Positions 1 to 12,143 of a DNA stretch of 50,281 nt are shown here, one piece after another (position 1 is the first letter of the stretch; each line of letters starts with the position of its first letter). A program made the translations under genes and the position numbers. Source of the stretch: Catajapyx aquilonaris (lineage: Eukaryota). The stretch spans positions 1 through 50,281 of the forward strand of contig KZ538738.1 in NCBI GenBank assembly GCA_000934665.2, read 5' to 3'. The notes beneath the pieces are model-generated. The model saw only the letters and a program-made list of their open reading frames with translations, was not told the origin of the DNA and ran no database searches.

Positions 1-220
1 CGCCCCCCCCCCCCCCCACCTGGTTCCGTAGCCAGCCCAACCCCCCAAGCCCTGTTGCCGCTGACTCGCTTCTGTTATCATGCCGTGTGGGTTGCTTAGG
101 ATAGCCAGGATAAAGCTCGTTTGCGGGGGGTATGAAACTATCTGTCGTATATAGTACCACCATGAGCACAATGCAAGTGCATAGCAACTCACGTACAGTG
201 CCAATGAAATGAAACAAATA

Positions 221-779
221 CAGTATAGCTTGAATCTCCAAGGGACCAGAAAAAAACTCTGAGCTGTGGAAGATTTGAGTTAACGAATTTTGAAAAAGAA
301 TCATAGTCCAAAGCTGTGTAATGATATTTACCTTTACATCCACACTGTTTAGTATTAAATAGACAAAAATGCTACATCACATAATTTTTGGGGAACAAAC
401 TTGGTGATAGAACTCAGACTATGATTTGAGCTCTGAGTAAATGATTCTGTAGTCATGAGTGATGCAGAAATGTCACTTGCATCTCCCAAAGGAGATTCAG
501 TTCAGATGTTTTGGTCTGCCTTGAACCCTTAGTAAGTGCAGTGGCCCAACCTACCTGAATCTGGCACAAACTTCAACTTGTGGAGACTGAAATGTGCATA
601 AATACCCGAGAAAATCATCCCCAGCAGTCCCAGTTGTGGATAATTTCAGATAATATAGAAATTCCACTTAGGGAAGTTTAATTTATATTACGTTACATTG
701 TGACCAACCAATTCTGTAAATCTCTTCGACATACAGAGAACTTCGCCTTATAACTGTTGGGATTATGGAAGTTTGACTG
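221..779. mobile_element. Degenerate pogo/Tigger-type non-autonomous DNA transposon
   Basis: TA-flanked CAGT...ACTG ends. The left end (gaatctccaagggaccagaaaaaaact) matches the reverse complement of the right end of the 42121-42705 element. The right end reads ttatggaagtttgactg-TA. Confidence 0.65.
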
Positions 780-781
780 TA

Positions 782-1693
782 CGAGGTGTGATCCAAAATT
801 TTCCGGACTGGTGCTGCCACTGCACTGGGTGAAAAACTCACTTTCAGACTAGTTGTCTCCATCACCCTCAAAGTAGTCACCTTGGGCTCGTATACAACGA
901 TCCCAGCGAATTTCCCATTTTTGGAAGCACCCCAAAAAATTGGCCAACTATTGCGCGTTCAGCTCCTGCTGCGATTTTGCTTAGATCTCATTAGTGGAGT
1001 CAAAATGCCTCCTTTTCAACCCAAATTTCATTTTAGGGAAGAGATAGAAATCACATTGGGCCAGGACAAACGAATAGGCAGGGTGGGGGACTGCGGTCAT
1101 GTTGTTTTTTGTCAGGAAGTCCCTGACTACGCGTGAGGTGTGTGCAGGCGCATTGTCATGGTGCAACAATCAGCCTCTGTTCTCCCACATTTCCAGCCAT
1201 TTCAGCCGAAATAGTCTCAAATCATTGCAGTAAGACTTCCTGTTGACAATTTCACCACGTGGAAGAAACTCCATGTGCACAATTCCTCAAATGTCAAAGA
1301 AAATGATCTGCATTGAGTTGATTTTGTTGCAAACTGGGTCCGGCATCTTTACATCACTTAAACCTCTCGTATGTTATTGCTTGGTTTACAGCTTGCTCAT
1401 CAAGAGCCTTGGTCAGCATTTGGTGGGCTGCAGCCGAAGTTTCTTTGAGCTTGAAGCAAAATTTGACGCAAATCCTTTGCTCCAAAACATCAGCCATTTC
1501 GAAAAATCGCAGAACACAAGAACACTGTTGTCAAGAAAACTGCCGAAACTCAGAAACATGTGCACCTACAAGGATGATATTTTTCAGACTAATAGCCGAA
1601 AGGTGCACCTATTGCCCCCTAGCATCACAAGTTCGTACGTTTACTGGTTTGCAAAGTATATCCAAAATCCGGAAAATTTTGGATCACACCTCG
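782..1693 (-). mobile_element. Mariner transposon, internally deleted, transposase pseudogene
   Basis: Perfect 26-bp TIRs cgaggtgtgatccaaaattttccgga (782-807, 1668-1693) with TA TSDs (780-781, 1694-1695). Minus ORF 981-1169 carries the mariner catalytic motifs LHHDNAPAH and PHPAYS..LAQCDFYLFPKMK. Broken by stops and frameshifts. Confidence 0.93.
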
Positions 1694-1997
1694 TACTGTT
1701 ATCTCTGGATAGAGGATGAGGTAGTTGTTTTTTTGGTCTCCATTTTTCTGGAGAGGGAGATCTGTAGAAAAGGACTCCACTGAAGAGATTTGAAGCCAAA
1801 ATGACCCAGGAAGAACCAAGAGAGCAGGAAATACAGTTGGAGGAAGGAATCCCACAGTTGAACTTGTACAAGTCAAAATTCTCTATAAGTTAAAAAACGT
1901 ATTTATACAACATGGATTGATCACAATATCAGGTAATGAATACTAACCTTCCCGGCACCAAAAGTCTATGTATTGAATTTCTCCATAACTGGTGGCC

Positions 1998-2681
1998 ATA
2001 ATGGGGAAGTAGCCTTGGTCTGGGATTTGGGATTTTTGTTCATAACTAGCTAGCCCATGCCTGTAAACATACATTCCATCACTCTGTTGCATCAAAATGA
2101 CATTACTGGATAAATTACGGCACATTTAAAAGTGCCTTCAAAATTGGCGGGAAAAACGGATCGGCCGGGTGGTGCCAATCGAAAGGGTACTCTGAAATGC
2201 CTGGTTGACTGCGAGATATGAGGAATATGACTTTGAATTAACCACGGACACGACGGAAAGCATTCGCAAGGCGGCTGTAGGCCATCGAGGTGGAGAAAAG
2301 GGGCCTTCATGTGCCGAATTCGAGTGACAGATAATTCCTACCAATTGGCACCACTGTCAGCACAGAAGCGACTTGAGCGGCCTGGGATAAATAGGCGCCC
2401 CGGCCGCTATCTTGCTCACGGAATGGGACGGTTGCTAACAACAGCGAAGCATTATACAACAATGACGGGGCGCGTTCTATAACACCATTTTTGCGTTCGT
2501 TTCACTTCGCGTGACGTCAACATTTTCTAGGGAAACAGTGACGTCACCATTTCCCTACATAAAAACCCCAATTACTCTGGAACTGAAACTGATATCTTAA
2601 AACGGAATATGCCAAAAAAATCCAAAAAATATGGGCGAATTTATTATGTAGTTTCCAAAATGAAGGCTACTTCCCCATTAT
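1998..2681. mobile_element. Non-autonomous TIR element, copy 1
   Basis: Perfect 19-bp terminal inverted repeat ataatggggaagtagcctt (1998-2016) / aaggctacttccccattat (2663-2681). About 600 bp (2080-2676) is repeated in direct orientation at 4423-5146. Superfamily not assigned. Confidence 0.75.
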
Positions 2682-2943
2682 AAAATTTATGCATTGTTTT
2701 GTCTCCACAAATCTAAGTTTGTAGCAGATTGAAGTAGGTATTTCCATCACACTGCCTATGGGTTGAAAGCAGTCCTGTGGATCAAATCACAAATGGAGAT
2801 GCCAAGTGATGTTTTTGCATCTCTAGTAACTGGACAATTATTCAACCAGAGAGAAAGTTATCACATATTTCACCAGAGATCTAATCACACACTTTACTTT
2901 CACCAAAAAATCAAGTGAGGTAACATTATGAGGGATGCTAGTT

Positions 2944-3296
2944 TTTTTTTTGTTTTTTTTTACGTTACCCCGTGCTAGGGCCATGGGCCCTTATAGGGGG
3001 GTGGATTACCACCATTTTCCTTCAATTTTCTTATTATTTTCTTCTAACACCGGTGCAAGGATGAAAGGACAAGAGGTAAGGATAGGGATTTTCGGGGAGG
3101 GAACATGGGTGCAAGTGCACGTCTGAAAACGGGTCATGTGCTGTTCCCCAGGAGGTTAGGTTGCCAGACACCTCCTTGGTGCAGGTCAGAGACCCTCCTG
3201 ACGCAGGTGAAAGGAAAGTTCCCCAGGCGGGGATCGAACCTGGGGCCTTTCACACAGCAAGCCGAGACGTTACCATCACGGCCACCACACCTCCCC
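2944..3296 (-). mobile_element. tRNA-derived SINE, family A
   Basis: Minus-strand head ggggaggtgtggtggccgtgatggt...ggttcgatcccc (pol III A and B boxes), A-rich tail, and 14-bp TSD gagggatgctagtt (2930-2943, 3297-3310). Related copies at 15668, 44688 and 49420. Confidence 0.88.
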
Positions 3297-3908
3297 GAGG
3301 GATGCTAGTTCATTTATTTAATATTGAACAGTGTGGCAAATTATGGTAGGTGTCTTCAACAATTTTGTGCTGCATTTTTTGTTTCAAACTTCTGTAACTT
3401 GAAGCTTTTATGACTTATTTTTCTGGTTCCTTGCAGATTCGAGTTATTGAAGTTCCACTGCATTTGAATTTTAATCCTGCTGCCATGTACCTAGCACTGG
3501 TTATTGCTGAGACCTAGCGGCACAACCAGGCCAGAGCGGGGTCCCAGAGGAGCCAAAAGGCAACATAGCAATTAATGAGGCACGCAAGACATGTTTGAAG
3601 AACTGGTTGCATCACCCCACCGCACATCACCATGTGGTAGATATTATTACTTCTCCAGCTAGCTAGCTAGCTGATTTTGGAAAGTTACTTGGTTACATCT
3701 ATCTTTTGCTCACAGTGATACCATTGTTCTTTTGGACAACACTTCAGATAATACAATGATTTGTCCAATTATACACAACAAATAACCTAATTAATGAAAC
3801 CAAACACTGCTGCTGCAACATAAAAAAGCAACTAGCTGCGCACAGTTGGAAATATGCAATGACTGACCGAAAATTCAAAACTCAAAAGTTGATACAATAG
3901 CTACTTAC

Positions 3909-6900
3909 AAAAGGAGCAACTGATGCTGATAGGCTATGCTGCCAAGCTGCAGCAAGCTGCGGCGTGCATTCCTACTGCAGAGACAATGAAAATAAAGAGT
4001 TAAAACACTTTTGGCCATGCTGAACTGATCATGCACCAAACATGTTGTTTTTCAGCCTCACCCAGTCCATCCTAAAACAATGGCTTTAACTTTGCAAGAT
4101 TGTCCCTAAGGCTTGCACACATCATGGCAAAACTTCAATCATGCAAAACATAAAAGGAATTGTTAATCACTGATATGCTCGCCAAATCAACTCATAGGGG
4201 GCAAGCTCCTTTTGCAAACATTTCAACAAGTTCGTTGGCAATGCACTGCATAAAATTTCGGAAATGTGCTTCAGAATTAAATAATTATCTCTGCTGATTG
4301 AAAATTCATAATTCCTGTCCACTTGGCAGTCCTACACTGGTTCTAGACTGCTGCAAACAGCCTGAAGGGGTAGCTATAGTGTTACCTGAGTCCAGGCTCT
4401 ACAATCTACATCAAGGTAGCACCACTCTGTTGCATCAAAATGACATTACTGGATAAATTATGGCACATTTAAAAGTGCCTTCAAAATTGGCGGAAAAAAC
4501 GGGGCAGCCGAGTCAAAGTCCGAGTCAAAGTCAAAGCCGAGTCAATCAAAGGGTACACTGAAATGCCTGGTTGACTGCGAGAGATGAGGAATTTGATTTT
4601 GAATTTACCACGGACATGACGGAAGACATTCGCAAGGCAGCTGTAGGCCATCGAGGTGGAGAAAGGCGGCCTTCATGTCCCGAATTCGGGAGACAGAACA
4701 TTCCAACCGGCTGGCATCACTGCCGGGCCCAAAGCGGTTTGAGCGGCTGAGAGTAAAACCGCACCCAGCTGCTTTCTTGCTCACGCTTCTTCACTCCCTC
4801 TGGCACACAGCGGGGTGGGTTCGCCCCAGGGGGACCTGCCCGCCCTCCGAACTGAGCTCTGCGAGAGTCTGGCACTGCAGGCACCAGGAATAGGACGGTT
4901 GCTAACAACAACGAAGCATTTTACGACCATGCCGGGGCGCATTCTATAACATCAATCGTGCCTTCATTTTACTCTGCATGACGTCAACATTTCCTTAGGA
5001 TACAGTGACGTCCCCATATCCTCCCGATGAAACGCAAATAGCTCCGGAACTGAAACTGATTTCTTACAACGGAATACGCCAAAAAAATCCAAAAAATATG
5101 GCTGAATTTATTATGTAGTTTCCAAAATGTAGGCTAGGACCCCATTCTCAAATATCGATTAGTGTTAGGAGTTATTTATTGTTTGTAATACTTGGAAAAC
5201 TTATGAATGATGATGTCAATTGGGAAATATAGGGTAGGCATATTTTTTACTTTCCTTGTCAGAGAGTAGTGTTGAAATCTGGGCAGGCAAGAGGCAAATG
5301 AACCCACATTTGGACAAGTAAAGTATGCTTGTGGATTTTGTACGCTTTGTTGAACTGTATTGTAATGAATCCATATAATTAAAACGAGATTACATGGCAA
5401 TTGGTTAGCATGGCAACAATGCTTGATTGTTGTTAATTGTAACTAAATTACAACCCCTTCTTTGCACAGCCTGCTTCCATGGTAATGCAATCGACAACAA
5501 TCAATCAATGGTGATATTATGACAAAGAGTTCTGCTATATTATATATACACCTAGAGGAGGCACTCGGGCTGAAATGCGAGGCAGGCAACAATGCAGGCA
5601 ACAATATACCTCCAACAAGATGGCGGATGCCTGACATTATTGAACTAATTGTCGCCCAGTTGTCATTATTGGTTGTTGTCCCAGTTGCTAGACAACTGTT
5701 AGCAGAACAATATTACCTCCAACAAGATGGCGGCTTCCTCAGCCTGTCTAATGGAAAAGGATAGGGAGTACCTCCTCTAGGTATTATATTATATAATAGC
5801 AGAACTCTTTGTATTATGAAGCTACGGATATTGCTGAATGTCACTGTTGCCATGGTAATGTAATCAACAACTATTATAGTCATTCTAGGTTACATTTTCC
5901 TAGCATCCCATAATTATATGGAACGGCCATTATCTTGCAAACAAGAATTCAGAAAAAGGTTTTATCCCGATTTTTGTGTTTTGGGAACTAATATGAACTA
6001 ATAAAAGCAAAAAAAATTCAACAAAAACATTTCCCGGCATATCTGGGTTAAACATTTCCTTATGCATAGCACACCAGCACTTCCCTTCTGCCTGCCAGGC
6101 CATAAAATAGTGCTCGTGACAATGAATTATAGCAGTTGAAACTTTTAAAAATTGATGCGTATGTTGTGGAAGCCAAGTGGACAGGTCATGATCATTAGAA
6201 TCCATAATTTGATCTTTGTATATGAAGCTCCACCCCAAGTAGCCACTGAATCTTCAGTTCAGGCTTTTCAGGAGCAGCTGCCATATGTAACAATGACCCT
6301 GAATTTACAGGCATGTGATTTTATCAATGACAGAGACAACAGTTAATTCTGCAACACACTGCGTAGCTAAAATGGATAAAATATATTTCATAAGAAAATG
6401 ATACTTCCTGCTCCACAAGCATGCAAAATCAACAACATAATTAACTCCTGACATCATTCGTAGTCCTTCCAGGTGAGATATTAAAGTATTCATAATTGCC
6501 ACCCACCTGGATCGCACAATTGATTTTTTCAGCTCCCTTTGTAGTCCTTGCACCTTCCTTTCTGACTGCTGGTATGCAAGCGAAGTTTTCCTATGCTCTT
6601 CCTCACTTGTAGCTCTCTCCCTTTCAGCTTCATTAACCTGAAAGCAGTGCCTATGAAGACTTCAATCAACAGAGAAGGTGCCAGCAAAGGTTACCCTCAT
6701 GGTGGCATGATTTAGCATCTCTTGCCAAGCATGGTCAAAAATTCGGCCTTCTGCTCTAAGGCCCTCCTCAGCTAGAGCCACCATCTCTTTGGCAGCTACA
6801 TGAGCACTGTTGGCTCGCTCAAACCTTACTGCAGCCTTTTGAGTTTCTTGCAGGGCCTGAAAAGAAGCAAATAAATTGAGATGCAATACCACAAGACAAT

Positions 6901-9900
6901 AAAACTTATCCCTACCTCCTTGGCATTCATTCGTGCCTGATAGTAAGGACGGGCTTTCTCAATGCAAGCCCCAAGCTTCTTGGCCAGCTGGTCTATCTTT
7001 GTTGTAGATTCCACAAGTAGGTGCCGGAATGTGGCTCTTCCATCCTAACAGAAACATGAACATTCATTTGTTGCTCACTACAATTTGTCTGTTAAATTAC
7101 TTACATCCAAATCAACCTCTAATCGATTGATGGTATCAGTGGAACTGTTCAGTCGTTCCAACTCTATCTGGAAAGGTAATTTAAAAAAAATAATCAGTGT
7201 GTCCTGTTACATTACTAACAAGTACTACCTTTCAACAGACAAGTGAGCAATTCCATGAAAATGTCAACATGACAGCCATGGAAAAAAATTTATCGCAGGA
7301 GAAAATTTTCTCTGCACGTTCAAAGGGCATAGTCCAAATTTCATTGCAGTACACAGAGACTCTCGTTTCGTACATGTGTGAAGGTGTGGAGACAACGTAC
7401 ATATGTGTCTCATTTTGCATGGGTGCACAAGCTCCTTGAGGAAGCACACAAAGAAACGGCCATCGCAATATGCACATGTGACTTGCTGAAATGTATCCAC
7501 GCAGAATAGTTACCTACGATTATCACAGTGCAAATGTATATGCGGAAAAACTAGATTAAATCTTTCCGGAGATACACGGACCAATAATCAGTCACCCCTC
7601 CCTAGAACGGGTAACGTCCGTAACGAGAACATGACAAAGTTCCTGTCACATGGAGGGTAAGTTGTCGATCGCCACCATTCTTCGTATCTAATTTTGGGTC
7701 ATCAAGGGAAATGATATGATGACACAATTTCCTGAAATTAATGTCCATTAATGGGCTAATGTGCATTACGGACGTTAGCTGTTACGTCCGTAACGGAACT
7801 TGCTCGATATCTAACCGCATCCAAAACGAATAAACATGAACATGATCAAGACCACACAATGCCATCATATCATGCCAATTAAAATGCGGCGATTAAATGT
7901 GCCAATTAAATGTGGCAATGCAATATAGCAACCATCACCTCACTAAGCTCGCTGAGCAGTCAACTCAGAGACTAGATGCACTGTCTATAAAGGCTTTGCA
8001 GGTTCATGCAAGTCCTTGCACAAGGAGTCGGGAGTAGCACTTGACACAGTACATCAGGTTGGTGAGCCAAATAATATTACAGCATTTCTTAGCTAGGATT
8101 AGCGTATATAATATGATGTTAAGACGATTTCAATTAAAAATTAGGACTTGGATTCAGATGAAACATGAAAGCTCCCTCAAAAACCAACCGACAACGTCAG
8201 CATATGTTTCGATTGCGAAAGAAGAATGATGAAGCCGACAAGGCCAAAGAAGCGGACAGGAAGAGGAACTCAAGAATAAGGAAAAAGGCAGCATTGGCAA
8301 GTAAGCCTTTCCGTAGTGCCGAATCTTGTCGAGAGATGACAAGAAGTGAAAATAGGGCACGTCAGCGTCGTTTTAAGCAGAAAAGGCGTGAAAAGGATAC
8401 CATCCCACCAAGTCCTTTTTGTGTCACATTTTTGTATGTCATGCATATTTTAGCATGTCATGCACATTGTCTGAGCTTGCTGACATGATTGATGACGAAT
8501 GTATGTTTTTGGTTTAAATTATGACCCTCCATCACAGTGTCCATTATTAGTAAAAAGAACATATACTGTAACCTGTTTCGTTTACCAAATCACATTAAAA
8601 TATATACTGCTAGTTGATGCTGTTGTTTCATATTATATGTATGCCACGCACAGTACTTCGATGCGACTTCTAAAGCCTATTTAGTAAGGTGTTGTTACGC
8701 CCGTGTCGATCGGGTAACGTCCGTAACACCGGGATAACGTCCGTAACGCAGGAACATTTGTCCATTGTTGGCGAACTATGGCTGCAATTGCTCTATGAGT
8801 CAAGTCATTATACAAACACACCGTTCTTGCAATGGACCCTGTAGAAGAAAGTTCCATAACCTTACATAATTCGCAGGAATTTCGTATACTTTAACCCCCC
8901 TCGTATTAGGGTGTTCAAATCAGGTAACGTCCGTAACGAGCACAATAACGCGACTGTCCCTCTCGTGTGTATATGTAGGAGGTCGGTTCATGGTGTATAT
9001 GAAAGTACACATCCTTATTGTTCCTTTGGCCATACCCATTTCATCATCACTCGCAAGCACCATCGTGGAAGCAGCAATCTTTCCCCCTTTGCGCTTGCGA
9101 TGATAACGTCCGTAACGCTGGAATTGCTCAAGTACAAGAGAGATTTAAGGAACATGAGCAGGCCAATCATGATCTAACATGGTTTTGTGCAAAATCCTAT
9201 TGCATTGAATGGATCTCATCTACCCAACCAGGAACCACCACACAATATATTGAAATAATAACAATAACAGCAGCAGCAACAATAATAGGATACTCCATGA
9301 CAGGTCTGGAACTGTTTAAGCTTTAAGGGATCATCTTTTAAATACCAACTCTATTCAATTTTGCTGTTGCCAATAGATTTTGATTGAGAGGCAACAGGAG
9401 CACCAAAAATAAATAAATTAAAACACCCTGCAGACATGTAGAGTACCCATCAAACCGATTTTCAAAACCTCTGTCTGGGCTAGGGATTGATTCAAGCAGG
9501 ACCCACCAAAGGTAGAAGGCTGTGACCTTAACAACTACCCCACCATGCCTCCTGGTGCCCAGTACAAATTGCCATCCCATAAAGAGCAGAAAGAGAAAAA
9601 AATTATACTTGCAACCCACCCTAGATTTATATGCACAGGTGCTATTAGAACATGGACTGGTTGTATCTGGGGGGTCAAAATTTACCAGCCTGTATCCATG
9701 TCTATGTACAGATGACTGTCTTGCTGTCATTTCATCATTCTTATAATGATACATTTGAAATGTGTTTCAGTCAAATACAGATGCACATGAACTTGTGTCC
9801 TTGCCTAATTGTCAGTATACCGGTAAATCTAAAAAATGAATGTGACTTTATGCCTTTTCAAAAATGCAAGTGAGTATCCTAGTGTACCACAACTTAAACC

Positions 9901-11310
9901 ATTCCCAAGATAACTACAATGTGAAATGCAGCCAGTCCCCGACTTACGTGAGTGGATTGTTCTGCAACATTATATGCAAGTCAGATTTTATGTAATTTGG
10001 AACCTGTTTCTTTTAATTACAGGATGTACCCATTTTACACTGTTTCACATTAACACCGGTTTTAAAATTACATTTGAAATTTTTTTATCTAACCTTTGTT
10101 ACAATTTTAAGATAACATAATCTAAACATAAACACATCACTGCAACACTTCTAAGTCCAAACACGTGACCTTAAAGGCTCTTTTGTTTTTCCTGGTGCCT
10201 TGTGGCAGGTTCTATCGATATGTACAGTACCGTATTGTTGGTCTCGGTACTCCCCGAAGTACTGTAACCGTTGTTACAATACCGTATATGTACTGCAGTT
10301 CTTGCCAAAATAAGGAAAGGAGCCCTCAGAACCAGATGGCCCTGAACCTGGAACCTCCCATTAATCAATGTTTCAAATATTCTGCATTAACCCTGGAACC
10401 ATGACGTGCCTGAAAGTTACAGCAACCGTGACGTGGGGGATTTTTTTTTTAGGACCTCATCCATATTTAAATTTTTCTTAATTTTTATTGAGTGTCTGTT
10501 TCTAAGGTGGGCAGGGGTGGGGGGTGGGACGGGTTGTTTTTAGGTTTATTCTCATGAGTTTTATTAGTTCATATGTTGGGTTAGCTTGCATCTCCCTTCA
10601 TCGCTGACTACCCCTCATAGGGAAATGTCGTCATGTTGTTGTTGTTGTTGTTGTTGTTGTTAATTTTTATATAATACTTTTCAATGTACTGACTATACAA
10701 TCATTCTTTGAACAATGCCTAATATGATCACTAATTCAAAATAAACATGCACTTCCTGTTATATACTTTTTTAAATGACAAAAGTTCATTGTAATTATCA
10801 TTTTAATGCATTTTAATTCCTTTGGGGTCTTAAAAGACCCCACGTCACGGTTCCAGGGTTAAAAACAGCGATATAGTACTGCCCGTATGGAAATATTACG
10901 GGAACTTTAGAACCTATCTCATTTACTTACATTATAATTTTGTCTCGTTTTATGCCAATTCACTTTACGCCACATTTTGCTGGAACCAATTACTGATGTA
11001 AAACGAATACTTTCTGTATGCAGTATACTGCACTATACCTTACATGTATACATGGAGTCACGGCGACACGGTGGCCGAGTGGTTACCACCGCAGCCTTCC
11101 ACCTCTAAGATCCCAAGTTCGATCCCCGGATCGGACGGAGGATACTTATGTGGATAGAATTTCGATGGGTTCTCTCCGTGTTCGAGTGGGTTTTCTCGGG
11201 GTTCTCCCGTTTCCTCCCACAATCAAAATCCATCACAGCGCAGGCAATGATTAAAGTTGGATATTTAAAAGATGATCCCCTAAAAGGCCTGAGGCTTATC
11301 ACGGGGTATC

Positions 11311-11368
<58 letters not shown>

Positions 11369-11804
11369 TACATGGAGTCTTTGTCATATTCAATTGAGGT
11401 CATTGCGATTAGGAAGCGATTCCCTGTGAGGCCTTGAATCAGGTCGCAAATGTCTCTCATGTGTAAACTGAGTGAGGGAATGAGTCTCAGCAAGCAGGTC
11501 CAAGTTGCCACACGCCAACGTGTAATGCATTTTCTCGCTGTTGCCAGCATTTTATGTTACCAATTTGTTCCATAAATTTTTTCGTGCATGTCAGATTTTT
11601 TTTGCATAAGTCTAACCCAACGTATGTTGGAGCTACATAATTCGAGGACTCCTGTATTGCCATGCACTGCGATGCCAATTAGTTACAGGGTCAGGTAACC
11701 AATGTCAAGTGTAAATGCAAATAGTACTCTACCTGAATTCTGGGATCCACACCATCTGCATCCCCATTGTCATCAGGTGAACTGTGACCCTTAGAGGCTG
11801 CCAT
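3909..11804 (-). CDS. SH3BP5: SH3 domain-binding protein 5 homolog (parcas/REI-1-like Rab11 GEF), 3'-partial
   Basis: Exons complement(11733-11804, 7105-7167, 6916-7044, 6695-6856, 6507-6637, 3909-3974), all GT-AG and in phase. Translation MAASKGHSSPDDNGDADGVDPRIQ|IELERLNSSTDTINRLEVDLD|DGRATFR..LGACIEKARPYY..|ALQETQKAAVRFERANSAH..AWQEMLNHATMR|VNEAERER..LQRELKKSIVRS is the recognisable SH3BP5 coiled-coil domain. An in-frame TAG-TGA lies 27 nt upstream of the ATG. The downstream PY(F/Y)E exon was not found in the window. Confidence 0.93.
4423..5146. mobile_element. Non-autonomous TIR element, copy 2 (same family as 1998-2681)
   Basis: Direct homology to 2080-2676. It has an extra internal GC-rich segment (about 4787-4890) and a local ccgagtcaaagt tandem duplication (about 4507-4545). 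The left terminus is decayed. Confidence 0.75.
5523..5811. mobile_element. MITE with 8-bp TSD (hAT- or P-type)
   Basis: TIRs caaagagttctgctat / atagcagaactctttg, extending imperfectly to about 45 bp. TSD tattatga (5515-5522, 5812-5819). Internal direct repeat acctccaacaagatggcgg occurs twice. Confidence 0.8.
7245..9129 (+). mobile_element. Sola-like DNA transposon remnant in an SH3BP5 intron
   Basis: TIRs gagcaattcca (7245-7255) / tggaattgctc (9119-9129) with 4-bp TSD aagt (7241-7244, 9130-9133). Repeated motif TAACGTCCGTAAC and a basic Arg/Lys-rich ORF remnant at 8165-8488. GAG..CTC ends with a 4-bp TSD fit Sola. Confidence 0.72.
9253..9552 (-). mobile_element. Degenerate tRNA-derived SINE related to family B
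   Basis: gggatcatcttttaaataccaact is the reverse complement of the 3' region of the 11060 SINE. Decayed tRNA-like head at 9480-9552 and microsatellite tail at 9253-9290. Confidence 0.6.
10391..10858. mobile_element. piggyBac-type MITE, copy 1, with a nested ~170-bp (GTT)n-tailed insertion
   Basis: TTAA-ccctggaacc...ggttccaggg-TTAA. Colinear with 12721-13004 except for the insert at about 10489-10660, which is flanked by taatttttat repeats. Confidence 0.88.
11060..11368 (+). mobile_element. tRNA-derived SINE, family B (V-domain-like core, (ATT)n tail)
   Basis: A box tggccgagtgg and B box gttcgatcc. Core gtgggttttctcggggttctcccgtttcctcccacaatcaaaa. (ATT)n tail. 11-bp TSD tacatggagtc (11049-11059, 11369-11379). 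Confidence 0.9.
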
Positions 11805-12143
11805 GTTACATCTAGATGGCAGATGTCACTACTGTAAAAATTCACACATAACAGAGTTAGTATTTTGTGTGAAGGGGATCCTCACCAACTTTCTTGGATA
11901 TAACAGTCAAGACAACACACAGTCCAATACTCAGCACAAAATAATTTCCTGCTACACACTCCCAGTGAAAAATGACCTGTTATGTAGGGCCTTTTAAATC
12001 ATGTAGTTTGTGTTACAGCTTGAGCAATAAACCTAACGCTGAATGTGTGCCTTGAATTTCAAGACAGACACACAATGCAGCATAACACAAGTAAGACAAA
12101 CATGCTGGAGAGAACCTTTTCACCTTCAAGTCAACCTTCAAGT

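Noticed and set aside
1243..1783. Plus-strand ORFs of 158 and 124 aa
   Set aside because: Antisense shadows of the decayed mariner transposase within its TIRs.
7611..9116. Recurrent TAACGTCCGTAAC as a CRISPR-like array
   Set aside because: The repeat is too short, irregularly spaced, in both orientations and inside a TIR element of a eukaryotic intron, with no cas genes.
11148..11429. ORF with a poly-Leu 'transmembrane' run
   Set aside because: Translation of the (ATT)n SINE tail.
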